NCBI GenBank assembly: GCA_964057225.1
Contig: OZ059900.1
Location: 5,642,001-5,706,000, forward strand
Length of the DNA: 64,000 bases
Source of the DNA: Auanema rhodensis
Taxonomy: Eukaryota > Animalia > Nematoda
Direction of reading: 5' to 3'
Made by a program: the position numbers and the translations under genes. Below are positions 41,820-53,317 of this stretch, piece after piece. Below the pieces are notes generated by a model. That model did no database searches and was not told where the DNA came from. It saw nothing but the letters and a program-made list of their open reading frames with translations. Numbering within the stretch: the first letter of the stretch is position 1; each line of letters opens with the position of its first letter.

Positions 41820-42806
41820 CCAATAAGCTCTCCAAGTCTATCCTACTCCTAAAAGCGTTCAATATATATTGGAAGAAGATTGCATAACATGAAAATGCAG
41901 CTAAGACTTGAAAAACTTGTAAACGTCGGAAATACTATAAATCTGAAATTTGTCAAAAGTATGGATTGTTTTAGTTGCACATTTTTATTAATTAGTGTGA
42001 ACAATAACAAAATAGCAATTAAAAGATAAATGAAAAACTTTGTTCGAAAGTTCAGAAGAAAATGAACAAGCTTTGAAACATTTGACAACTTACACTAAAA
42101 AAAATATTTTTTCATGTTTGCAAAAATTAAGAATTTTTCACAATACTTTTTCAATATTACAACTTTTCTAATCGAAACATGTTATTTTGATAAAATCTGA
42201 GCTCTTTAAAAAAATTAGTTGTTGTTATAAATCATTTTCTCTTCTAGTTTCAGTAAGCTTTTACTTCAAGGTTTTTCCCAATGAGCATAAAAACGCAACC
42301 GCAATTCTTGAGCCATGAACTAAATGCGCTCCAATGCTATTTTAATTACCCACGCCTTGGAGCCCGCGCTACATTCAAAACATGAAAAATTTCCAACGAT
42401 TATTTTTTCTTTTGAACAAAGAATTTAGTAAAATTATTTTATATTTTAAAATGAAGTAGAAAGTAGCGAATACAGCTGTAATTCTTTTTCCATAAAAAAT
42501 GCTCACTGTTTTAGGTGTTTGACATTATTTTATAAATTTAACTCATCATTTTAATCACATGACTAAGAACTAATTTTACCTTTCGCAAGTAAGGTATTTC
42601 GTAATTCAAATATGTATACGTATATGTGTTATCTAAGAGTTTAGAGTTGATTTTACGTTTATTGCTTTAAATACCAAATTGATTTCTTTGAAATCCAATT
42701 TTGCGTATTTTTCAATTGTTTCTCAGTGTTTTTTATGATTTCACGCTTGATTTTTTCATTCTTTTATATTCAAATGTCATTTATTAGTTTAGCTTTTTCA
42801 GAAATA

Positions 42807-45800
42807 ATGGAACCGCGTCAACCGCTACGCGATTCTATATCAACGGGTTCTAGTAATCTTCAAGATTTCGACGTTATAGCACCAAGGTTAGCATTTTATA
42901 CTATTTATACTTCTAGTTATTTTACGTATTCTCTTGATTATTTTGTTTTAATGGCAATTCTTTAAAATCATCATAGATTAATAAAATGAATCATGTATTA
43001 ATATTCAATACTTATGCCGATTTTGTTACGATTTCTTGTAATTTGATTAATTTTTTCAGTCCCGAGTCAACGTCCGCCTCTCCTATGGTAATGTCATCAA
43101 GAAATTCAGAATGTGGAGATCTTGCGCCTGAAACAGACGATGTGAGCTTATTATCTACTTTTTCAGTTTTTTTAGAACATATTTCTGGTTTAAATTAAAG
43201 CTGAAAACACAGAATAATACAAATTTTTTTATCATGCAAACTTCTGCAAGCATATACGATAAATCTCCATTTGCAATAGTCATACCATATACCTTAGTCA
43301 TTGCTTGAAAAACTGATACTTTTATGTGAATTTCGCCACATAACATATGAGAAAATAATGTACAAATTCACAATAAACGTTAGCTTTGGTCAAAATTGAA
43401 TACTATTCTTCACTATTTTGCTTGATCAAAATTTGGAAAACTATCATATTGAAAAAATACTCTTTAATTTATTCGGACTACTGTTCGGCAATAATGTTTA
43501 GATTGAAAAGTTGAACAACTTATAAAGCTATCTCTTCTATATTTTGCTTTTTTGTGTTTTAAAAATTTCTATCGCATGTTACTCATTCTAAAATAATTGT
43601 TCCGAAACAATTTTTCATTTGGTTTTGAATTGCCGAATGTTATTTTTTGTTTGCAGTAAGATGACAAATAAGATTTGATTGTTCTGTGAAATATGTAATT
43701 TAAATTCTAATTTCAACTTAATATTTCAGCGCTATTGTATTTTGGACTCCCCCCACTTTAGCAATATGCAAGGAAGCAGTAGTTCTTCAGTCAGTGCATT
43801 TGCTGGACCGATAGGTTTACCTGGTAGCAGTGGCAACAACGATACAGGCGGCATGATTAGTACACGACAATCTCTGTTCAGTAAAATGGATATATCAGAA
43901 TTAATACGAGATGGACGCTTTCGTAACAAGTACCCGGAACTGTGCCGTATTGTAATGGTTAGTAACTTAATAGTTTTGAAATAGTCTCTAGTTTATTCCA
44001 CACTACAGCAAGAAAAATGTTTGTTCATTTTTCATATGATTAGATGGTTTTCGAAATTTTTTCAATATCAGACGGTATTTATCGTGTTGAAACCGAAAAT
44101 TTTGAGATCCATTCGTGGGTAGCGATGAAAATGTTATACATTCTCTTATTTGAGTACAACTTCATTGCAATCTTGTTCATTATAATTTTTTTTTACCGAG
44201 AGGTTCTATTTTCGCACAATTCATTTATTGAATAACTTTATTATTTTTGATAAAATTGTTCTAATAATCACTTTAATGCGTGAAATAAGCAGATTAATCT
44301 CGCAGTTTTTGGTTTAAAACATTTCTCCACAATTTTCTCAAACCTTTCCATTTCATAGTACAGAGCCACTATTTGGTTACTCCAGAATTATTTTATATTG
44401 CTCGATAATGCGCATGTTATCAGCGATGCTTCAAGGCATCTCACGTGAAATTATTACATTGCGCCATCCTAAATGCATAAAAAATGCGCTTATAATTCCT
44501 GCTCATATAAGTTTGCTCATTGAAGATGTGCAGCCCGTTACTCAAGAAATCGTGCGTAACATCAGTTTTTCATTTATTCTTTTGTATTTTTCAATTTCAG
44601 ACCCATCGCGGAATTGAGCAGCCAGGTAACAGAAACGAGGATCTTAGTATGATACCCATTGATCCAAGAGAGTTTTCCCGTGAATCTCTCTATCGTGAAG
44701 TTGTTGAACTTTTGCGCCGTCTTCGTATGAGTGAGGTAAAGTTATAGTATTCATATAGTTTATGCATTTTTAATCAACATGCCTTTTTCAAGGTATTAAA
44801 TAAAAATGAACGAAAATTAGCTCAATCAGTTCCTGATATAAACATTTATGAAATATCAGAATAATTGTAAAAATCTCATTTTTTTTCTGAATTCGTTTTG
44901 GTATAAATTAGAAAAAATTGAATTATTCCACTTCCAAATATTTCTACTAACGATTTTTCTCATTTTATGAACTTCCTCTAACGTTTAATCCACATTAAAA
45001 TATTACAAAATATATGAAATCGTATTTTAGCGCGAAATTCTGGAGTTGCGTCGAAACTATGACAACGTAATGCAAATGAACAAGCAAATTAAGGAAACCT
45101 ATGTGAAAATATATGCAAAAGCGGAACAGGAAGAAGAGTACATCAGTAATATTCTGTTGAAAAGGTTCGTACACTCAATCCTTTTACTTCGACGATATAA
45201 TACAATTATTACGGAGAGGAAATGAAATTCATAATAGCTTTTTGTGTTCACAAGTGTATGTGCATTATTAATTTAATATTGGCCAATAGACTTAATGCAA
45301 CGTATGTGTCATTATGAAATACGAAATGATATTTTTGGATTCTCGATCAAGACATATGCATTGTAATTTGCTTTGAGGGAGAAGTAGTTTCCATTAAATA
45401 AATTTTACATGTTCTAAGAAACTTGAAAAAGTTTATAAGCTATGAATAATAAATTTATAACGAGAGAGGAAGAGTTAAATAAAAACAGAAATGGTAACTT
45501 TCAGAATTCAAAAGCTGAAAAATGATAAGGAAAATCTGGCTCAGAAATATGAACAAGAGGAGGAAAGTTTGACAAACGATCTGATGAAAAAAATTCAACA
45601 GGTAACTTTTTCATTTTTTTACATTGTATTCAATATTTTTTAGCTTCAATCTGAAAGAGATTTACTCGAAGGCCAAGTACGTAATGATCAATCTGCTATA
45701 GTTGATAATCTAATCAGTACGATTCGCCGCATGGAAAATGAAATGGATACTAGTCGCAAAGTGAATATTTAATCTAATTTATTTTCTTCAATCCGTTTTT

Positions 45801-46597
45801 CATTATAGAACATGGATCGAATGCGGAAAGAAAAGATTGATCAAGAAAATGCACTGGAGCATGAACAAGAGCTTCTCTTCAATACTTTGGGTAAACAGAT
45901 GAATCAATTGAATGCTGAAAAGAGGTTGCTCTGATAAACTCATTGATTAATATTATCAAAACTTCTAGACGCATGCAGATAAGCTTACAAAAGGCTTACT
46001 TGTCAGGTTTTGTTGACACCGAGGACGATATTGGAAAACCTTCGAATAAGTACCTAGATTTTAGTAAAACAGAAAACTTTTCGAGTTTCAGTGAAATGAT
46101 AGTAGTAAACGAGCAAATCCGCAATCCAGCACAAGGCTGTAAAGAAATTCATCGTTTGCGTCAACAATTGCGCAAAGCTGAAGATACAATTCATGAACTC
46201 CGTGAACGTGACGTTACTAGTAAGCTAAAGTTAGTTGTATATGATTAAAAAGCTGTTGCAGAAACAACAACTATTCGTCAATTAGAAGGCTTATTGGGAG
46301 CAATGCAAGTGCAAAAAGACGGGCTCACAAGGTACTTATTAGCTTCTGCACTTTTTTCTCTTACAATTCATATATCAGGGATATATGTGAAGCTCTACAT
46401 CGTTTCAATTCCAAAAGCGATATTATAAACGCAATGCGTAAGACTACTACATCACCAGCATCTTCTGTTATGCATGAAACCTGCAGTAATCAAGGTGTGC
46501 ATAACTTTATTGTCAGGAAACCCAAATATTTTTCATAGATCCTGATGATATTTCCCGTAGCTCAATATCTCCATTTGGTGGACGCAATACTCAGTGA
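42807..46597 (+). CDS. CCDC6: Coiled-coil domain-containing protein 6-like (DUF2046)
   Basis: Spliced translation contains [43 protein letters not shown] and RKEKIDQENALEHEQELLFNTLGKQMNQLNAEKR. ATG at 42807 follows TTTTTCAG; TGA ends at 46597. Confidence 0.88.
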
Positions 46598-47474
46598 GAC
46601 CTGTTGCGCATGAGCTGATAAAATGCCGTTTTTTTTCGAGTTAATAACTTTTCCTAAATCAGGATAAATGGAAACTTTGTTTTTCACCGAAGTTTTTGCG
46701 TGTGTATAAGTATACTTATCTATACATAATGTACCAAGTAGATGTGTGCACTGTCTAATCTAGAGAAATATCAATGCATATTATCCTTTTAAAATATTAC
46801 ATTTATTTTATCTAATACATAAGATTATGTATATTTCCCTAGTGATTGTTTCATATCTCATGGAGATATGGCATTTGCCAATATCCAAAGGAACCGTTTG
46901 AATTCCTTCAACTTTGACTATTTTTTGATTTTGATTCTGCCCAACAATGTATTCAGAGGCATGCTTATGAGAGAGAAAGGGAGTGAATAGTGCTTTTGCG
47001 TATAGAACAGTGTCTATTGCTTCTCTAGGCTCTCTGTATATTTAATTTGTTCCGGTATTTGAATCTGTGAACTTTATTTTTTTCTTCACTGTATGCTCTG
47101 ATCTGTATGATTTGACCCATAATCGCTGATGCGTCCTCTTTTAGACCATCCACAATAAATGTTATACAGTTAGCACTTTTGTCCCTATTCTGTAGTTCTA
47201 AAAAAGATAAGTTTTGGAAAGAAGTGCAAGCAAAATGATTTACAATGTGAAAATCATGCCTATTAATCCACTACCTACCTGTTGAACAATGAGTTCTTCT
47301 TATTGAAACCAACATTACTGCAAGACAATTGATATCAGTGATACAATAAGAGTTTCTTTATTATAACAAGAACAACAAGAAAACAAATATTAGCCTGAGG
47401 CCAAAACAAAATAAAAAGTCTTGTAGACTTATGCAAACATAAAACGTGCAACAAAAAGTTTTCAACTGATTCCA

Positions 47475-48045
47475 TCAACAATCACTCTTCCAAACACGAA
47501 TGGTCGTATAAGGTTCAAGTCCGCTGGTAACAATCGAATTTTCAGTTGGATGACAATCCATGGCTCCAATAACTTCTGAACAATAAACTATGCTCTTACA
47601 ATCGTAATAATCACAAGCCAACCAGACATTCCTGTGATAGCTTGTACCACATTTTGGCTTTCCATATCCCAAATCAAGAGTTTCTTATCTTCAGATCCAC
47701 ACATTATAAACTGAATGAATTCATGCAGCATGCAACAAAGCGTGCCTATTACCTGTCCTGATGTAAAAGAGAAGCAGCAGTCAAGTTTATATCCCTCGTT
47801 TTTATGTCCCTTGTAGAGTTTCAAACAATTTTCTTCTTGCCAATCCCATAATTTAATGAAACTAAATTTCATAAATAAAAAAGCAAACATCCAATAGAAA
47901 ACTTTACCCGTCAAACGTAGCTGACAAGATATATTTTCCATTAGGAGAGAATCTTGCAAAAGACACAGGATATGAATTACCGTCTGCAGTCATTAGGTAA
48001 GATAGATAAAAAATTACATAAACAACAATCCTGAGATCCGTCTGC
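47475..48045 (-). pseudogene. 3' part of WDR5-like copy A, cut by the palindromic insertion
   Basis: Matches 54272-54842, then breaks abruptly at 48046. Confidence 0.9.
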
Positions 48046-48143
48046 TTTGAGACTTGAGGTAGATGCTGGCTTGCTAGCTCCATTCCACGGATCGACCCGC
48101 TCTTGCACTGCTGGCGTGAACGGCCCATCCCCTTTGGGGGAGA
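48046..48143 (+). pseudogene. U2: U2 snRNA 3' fragment (end of Sm site, SL III, SL IV, 3' flank hairpin)
   Basis: GCTGG-CTTG-CTAGC, GGATCG...TTGCACTGCTG...CGGCCCA and TCCCC-TTTG-GGGGA align with the recalled 3' half of nematode U2. Confidence 0.75.
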
Positions 48144-48146
48144 ATA

Positions 48147-48303
48147 ATCGTTCCTATCAAAATAACCTTCGATATGTGTTCTATTGGATCACAATAAGGT
48201 TAACCGATTTTTGAGACTTGAGGTAGATGCTGGCTTGCTAGCTCCATCTCACGGGTCGACCCGATCACTGCTGTCGGGAACGGCCCATTCTCTTTGGGGG
48301 ACA
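48147..48303 (+). pseudogene. U2: 5'-truncated U2 snRNA (from ~nt 38-39), lacking the branch-point and U6-pairing region
   Basis: ATCGTTCCTATC..AACCTTCGATAT (stem IIa), AATAAGGTTAACCGATTTTTGAG (Sm site), CTTG tetraloop and GGGTCG/CGGCCC SL IV. No ATCGCTTCT or GTGTAGTA upstream. Confidence 0.8.
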
Positions 48304-48425
48304 ATAATCACTCTCATCGAAGTACCTTCAAAACGCGATGGTTAATGCTAATATCAGCAAACAAACATGATGCACTTTCTACTTCCACGTTCACAATTAT
48401 AACCGCAAAACTAAACTTTAACTTC

Positions 48426-48544
48426 GCTTACGACCATACCACGTTGAAAGTACGCCATCCCGTCCGATCTGGCAAGTCAAGCAACGTTGGGCCCGGTTAG
48501 TACTTGGATCGGAGACGGCTTGGGAATCCCGGGTGCCGTAAGCT
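48426..48544 (+). rRNA. 5S rRNA gene
   Basis: GCTTACGACCATACCACGTTGAAAG...GTTAGTACTTGGATCGGAGACGGCTTGGGAATCCCGGGTGCCGTAAGCT, 119 nt, followed by a T-run terminator. Confidence 0.97.
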
Positions 48545-48700
48545 TTTTCTATTTTCAGAAAAAAAAAGTTTCAGAAAATAATTATTGATAATCAGATATG
48601 TGCTCCATTGATACGCGGATTTTTTGATTATCACTGTCATTAATTCAAATGCCTTTGGCATATTATTGATTCATTATGATGCAAACCGAAAACATTTCAG

Positions 48701-48876
48701 GAAGCTGAAAACACTTTTGGCACAGCAACAGTGAGTTTTCTTTTTTTTCGTTGTAATCATCTGTTTTCAGTCGAACATTGTTTCAACGGTTCTAGCGATT
48801 CAGAATAGACATCTCGATTATTGCTGAAATTGATTTTTCTTTCTTATTTTCAAAAATTGTCTTGTTTTTCAATAAA
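48701..48876 (+). pseudogene. Captured 3' end of a spliced gene (exon 48701-48730, 40-nt intron, terminal exon, AATAAA); mirror at 52270-52445
   Basis: atttcag|30 nt|gtgagt...ttttcag|...TGA at 48827 and AATAAA at 48871. Spliced frame EAENTFGTATSNIVSTVLAIQNRHLDYC*. Confidence 0.5.
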
Positions 48877-49280
48877 TGTTTCATGTTATCTTTCATAGTT
48901 TTGTTTATTTTTACAAACAAAAGTAGTTTTGGTCTAACTATTCGAAAGAAGTTTGGTTTTTCAATTCTTTAACACTACACAACAATCTGCCAAGTCAGGG
49001 ATATCTTAGAAAAAATGAACAAGTAATCTGCCCCCATGTGGCATACGGTGCACAACTATGTGAGGTCAGGTTAATCGTTTAAGCAGAAAAATAAATTATA
49101 ACGGGCCTCTCAAGACCCTTTTATTCTAATTTTGAATTCTCACTATCTATTTAGTGAGGAAAATAAAAAGAATCTGATTCAGATAAGAGATTCATTCCAA
49201 CATGAATCACAATATAGAAACCGTATTCTCTTTAGTTCCTTATTGATTTTTGCTCTGTTATATATTGTTTTTTAACATCA

Positions 49281-51865
49281 AATAGTATAACATCTTGGTG
49301 TAATGGTTGTGTTTCAGGTTAGTTGATAAACTCTCCTTGGATCAGATCCTCTCCAGGTAAGTTACAAAAATAAAAATATTCACAACTCTCTCTCTCTCTC
49401 TCTCCATCTCTCTCTGTCTATCTCTCCCTCAAAACCACACTCCATTGCAATATGTCCTTCCTACTTCATCATGTATTCTCCCTATATATTCTGAATACCT
49501 TATATCAGCTTCACAATCCTTGATTCTGGTGTAAACAACGATTTGCTCCATTTTGCAGTTAATTATCGTACTTATCACCTGATGTATGAGAATTAAACAA
49601 TAACAATATGAACATAGTGGTCTAGTGGTCCGAGTATTGGACTGCATTCTACACGGGCAAGTACAATCCCTTTCTGCGTTTTTTAAGAAAATCGATAGCA
49701 TATCGAAAATCCAAAAAACGCTCGGATGGATTTTGAACAAGGAAAAGTGTTTATTTTGGTATTTGAAAGCTGATATCTCTGTTTAAACTCAATATTTTTG
49801 AATTTTAATTAAGTCTTTCTGTAGTTCTGAATCACTGCTTCTCGCTTACAAAGATTTCAACTACTTTCTCGTTTGGTTCGAAAGTTAAAGCTTCATGAAT
49901 ATGAGACATGAAGCCTAAAGTTAGACTTTGAACTGCTCTATCTCTTTAACTATAAAGAATTTCAACAATTTTCGATCGGATTCACAATCTACGTACTGAG
50001 ATCTATCGAATGAACTGTCTATATTGAAGTTTGGAGCACTTTGAAATTTTGAAAATTATTGAAATTAGCTATTTTCAGGTTTGAGAAATAAAAATATTGC
50101 GTTTTCTAACTTTTAACTAGCTCAGACGATAGAGTTGAACATGCTGTTTTCAAATTTAAAAATGCCGATTTTCAATTTTCGCTTCTGAAGGAGTTATGAG
50201 ACTTTAAAGTTGTTGACGTTGAGTATTCAGAAGGATATATCTCCGTTCAGACAAATTTTCAGGAATTCGCAATTAGCAGATTCTACTTCTACGAGTTTGA
50301 TTTACCTATGTAATGAATTTCGAAAGTTTTGCTCGAAATTTTTGGTTTTTGATGAAATGATCCCATTCCATATACTCCCCCCTTACCTACTTTTCGACCA
50401 AAAACATCCGTCACCCCAGAAACATTTTGAAAATTTCTATTTTTTTTTGTTAATTATATGATATTATCTATAACAAATTAAAGTTTTATAGACGAAACAA
50501 CGTTAAGGTTGCTATTCTTATACTTGGAATCTTAGTTTCTCATTATATTCTCCTTTGAACATCAAAACGAGATTGCCCATACATTAGAAGATGAAACAAG
50601 GATAATCTTGGAATATATATCTGAGTTCATATCACATAGTTAACTATGACATATAAATAACGTCAAAAACTATAATTATCTAAAACTCTTCTGAAACTAT
50701 GAAAGTAAAAAAAACTTCAGAGTAGACGGTTTATCGATCGATTTTCATTGAAAAAATAGGTAAGGGGGGAGTATATGGAATGGGATGATTTCTTCAATAA
50801 CAAAAAATTTCGAGCAAAACCTTCGAAATTCATTACATAGGTAAATCAAACTCGTAGAAGTAGAATCTGCTAATTGCGAATTCCTGAAAATTTGTCTGAA
50901 CGGAGATATATCCTTCTGAATACTCAACGTCAACAACTTTAAAGTCTCATAACTCCTTCAGAAGCGAAAATTGAAAATCGGCATTTTTAAATTTGAAAAC
51001 AGCATGTTCAACTCTATCGTCTGAGCTAGTTAAAAGTTAGAAAACGCAATATTTTTATTTCTCAAACCTGAAAATAGCTAATTTCAATAATTTTCAAAAT
51101 TTCAAAGTGCTCCAAACTTCAATATAGACAGTTCATTCGATAGATCTCAGTACGTAGATTGTGAATCCGATCGAAAATTGTTGAAATTCTTTATAGTTAA
51201 AGAGATAGAGCAGTTCAAAGTCTAACTTTAGGCTTCATGTCTCATATTCATGAAGCTTTAACTTTCAAACCAAACGAGAAAGTAGTTGAAATCTTTGTAA
51301 ACGAGAAGCAGTGATTCAGAACTACAGAAAGACTTAATTAAAATTCAAAAATATTGAGTTTAAACAGAGATATCAGCTTTCAAATACCAAAATAAACACT
51401 TTTCCTTGTTCAAAATCCATCCGAGCGTTTTTTGGATTTTCGATATGCTATCGATTTTCTTAAAAAACGCAGAAAGGGATTGTACTTGCCCGTGTAGAAT
51501 GCAGTCCAATACTCGGACCACTAGACCACTATGTTCATATTGTTATTGTTTAATTCTCATACATCAGGTGATAAGTACGATAATTAACTGCAAAATGGAG
51601 CAAATCGTTGTTTACACCAGAATCAAGGATTGTGAAGCTGATATAAGGTATTCAGAATATATAGGGAGAATACATGATGAAGTAGGAAGGACATATTGCA
51701 ATGGAGTGTGGTTTTGAGGGAGAGATAGACAGAGAGAGATGGAGAGAGAGAGAGAGAGAGTTGTGAATATTTTTATTTTTGTAACTTACCTGGAGAGGAT
51801 CTGATCCAAGGAGAGTTTATCAACTAACCTGAAACACAACCATTACACCAAGATGTTATACTATT
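49281..51865. mobile_element. Foldback core of the same family as 12561-15192, with two tRNA-like modules and a (CT)n tract per arm
   Basis: Colinear shared blocks: AATAGTATA.CATCTTGGTGTA, TTTTTTAAGAAAATC, TTTGAGAAATAAAAAT, AGGAGTTATGAGACTTTA, GTATTCAGAAGG and CCCCTTACCTACTTTT. A boxes TGGTGTAATGG (49296) and TGGTCTAGTGG (49618). Confidence 0.85.
49386..49430. repeat. (CT)n microsatellite (mirror (AG)n at ~51716-51760)
   Basis: Direct reading. Confidence 0.9.
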
Positions 51866-52601
51866 TGATGTTAAAAAACAATATATAACAGAGCAAAAAT
51901 CAATAAGGAACTAAAGAGAATACGGTTTCTATATTGTGATTCATGTTGGAATGAATCTCTTATCTGAATCAGATTCTTTTTATTTTCCTCACTAAATAGA
52001 TAGTGAGAATTCAAAATTAGAATAAAAGGGTCTTGAGAGGCCCGTTATAATTTATTTTTCTGCTTAAACGATTAACCTGACCTCACATAGTTGTGCACCG
52101 TATGCCACATGGGGGCAGATTACTTGTTCATTTTTTCTAAGATATCCCTGACTTGGCAGATTGTTGTGTAGTGTTAAAGAATTGAAAAACCAAACTTCTT
52201 TCGAATAGTTAGACCAAAACTACTTTTGTTTGTAAAAATAAACAAAACTATGAAAGATAACATGAAACATTTATTGAAAAACAAGACAATTTTTGAAAAT
52301 AAGAAAGAAAAATCAATTTCAGCAATAATCGAGATGTCTATTCTGAATCGCTAGAACCGTTGAAACAATGTTCGACTGAAAACAGATGATTACAACGAAA
52401 AAAAAGAAAACTCACTGTTGCTGTGCCAAAAGTGTTTTCAGCTTCCTGAAATGTTTTCGGTTTGCATCATAATGAATCAATAATATGCCAAAGGCATTTG
52501 AATTAATGACAGTGATAATCAAAAAATCCGCGTATCAATGGAGCACATATCTGATTATCAATAATTATTTTCTGAAACTTTTTTTTTCTGAAAATAGAAA
52601 A

Positions 52602-52720
52602 AGCTTACGGCACCCGGGATTCCCAAGCCGTCTCCGATCCAAGTACTAACCGGGCCCAACGTTGCTTGACTTGCCAGATCGGACGGGATGGCGTACTTTC
52701 AACGTGGTATGGTCGTAAGC
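52602..52720 (-). rRNA. 5S rRNA gene (mirror copy)
   Basis: Reverse complement of 48426-48544. Confidence 0.97.
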
Positions 52721-52842
52721 GAAGTTAAAGTTTAGTTTTGCGGTTATAATTGTGAACGTGGAAGTAGAAAGTGCATCATGTTTGTTTGCTGATATTAGCA
52801 TTAACCATCGCGTTTTGAAGGTACTTCGATGAGAGTGATTAT

Positions 52843-53138
52843 TGTCCCCCAAAGAGAATGGGCCGTTCCCGACAGCAGTGATCGGGTCGACCCGTGAGAT
52901 GGAGCTAGCAAGCCAGCATCTACCTCAAGTCTCAAAAATCGGTTAACCTTATTGTGATCCAATAGAACACATATCGAAGGTTATTTTGATAGGAACGATT
53001 ATTCTCCCCCAAAGGGGATGGGCCGTTCACGCCAGCAGTGCAAGAGCGGGTCGATCCGTGGAATGGAGCTAGCAAGCCAGCATCTACCTCAAGTCTCAAA
53101 AATCAATTAACCTTATTGTGAACCAATGGAACACATAT
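52843..53138 (-). pseudogene. U2: Two tandem 5'-truncated U2 snRNA copies (52843-52999, 53003-53138)
   Basis: Mirror of 48046-48303. The outer copy extends 38 bp further, through the Sm site and stem IIb. Confidence 0.8.
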
Positions 53139-53317
53139 CAGCAGCATTCAAATTCTGAACAGCTTACGACATAAGATAAAACATCTAAAGTAAAATAGTC
53201 TTACTGAGCTTTCAGAACAGTTCAGATTAATTTTCTTTGCTGCCACAGAAGAAAGATGTGGTGCATTTGAATCCTAAATCATCAAACGGTGAAAATATCT
53301 GAATAAGTTTATACCAT
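53139..53317 (-). pseudogene. 5' part of WDR5-like copy A (ATG at 53317)
   Basis: Matches 55901-56079. Confidence 0.88.

Larger units (their letters stand above)
48046..53138. mobile_element. 5.1-kb composite palindrome: arms 48046-~50395 and ~50751-53100 (plus 38 extra bp on the right), ~355-bp spacer
   Basis: Mirror coordinates sum to 101146 throughout, with only a few mismatches. It replaces ~1.06 kb of the WDR5-like gene and has no TSD. Confidence 0.93.

Noticed and set aside
42341-42352. 12-nt match to SL1 (TTTAATTACCCA)
   Set aside because: No GG start, no GTTTGAG|GT donor and no Sm site.
44793-44864. Alternative terminal exon of CCDC6 (VLNKNERKLAQ...*)
   Set aside because: It is in frame, but the acceptor is weak (ttcaag) and nothing else supports it.
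48055-48076. let-7-family seed TGAGGTAG
   Set aside because: There is no pre-miRNA hairpin; the sequence is part of U2 stem-loop III.
48198-48303. Divergent spliced-leader RNA (GGTTAA...TTGAG|GTAG beside 5S)
   Set aside because: The Sm site lies inside the would-be leader rather than before the last hairpin, and the whole segment aligns better with the U2 3' half.
48046-48303. HDV-like ribozyme in the 164-bp repeat
   Set aside because: P1/P2/P3/L3 and the catalytic J4/2 could not be built consistently in both copies.
12561-53138. Both palindromes as whole-genome-amplification foldback chimeras
   Set aside because: Both fold at the homologous point of one family, have arm mismatches and return to unique sequence. 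This is disfavoured but still needs raw-read confirmation.
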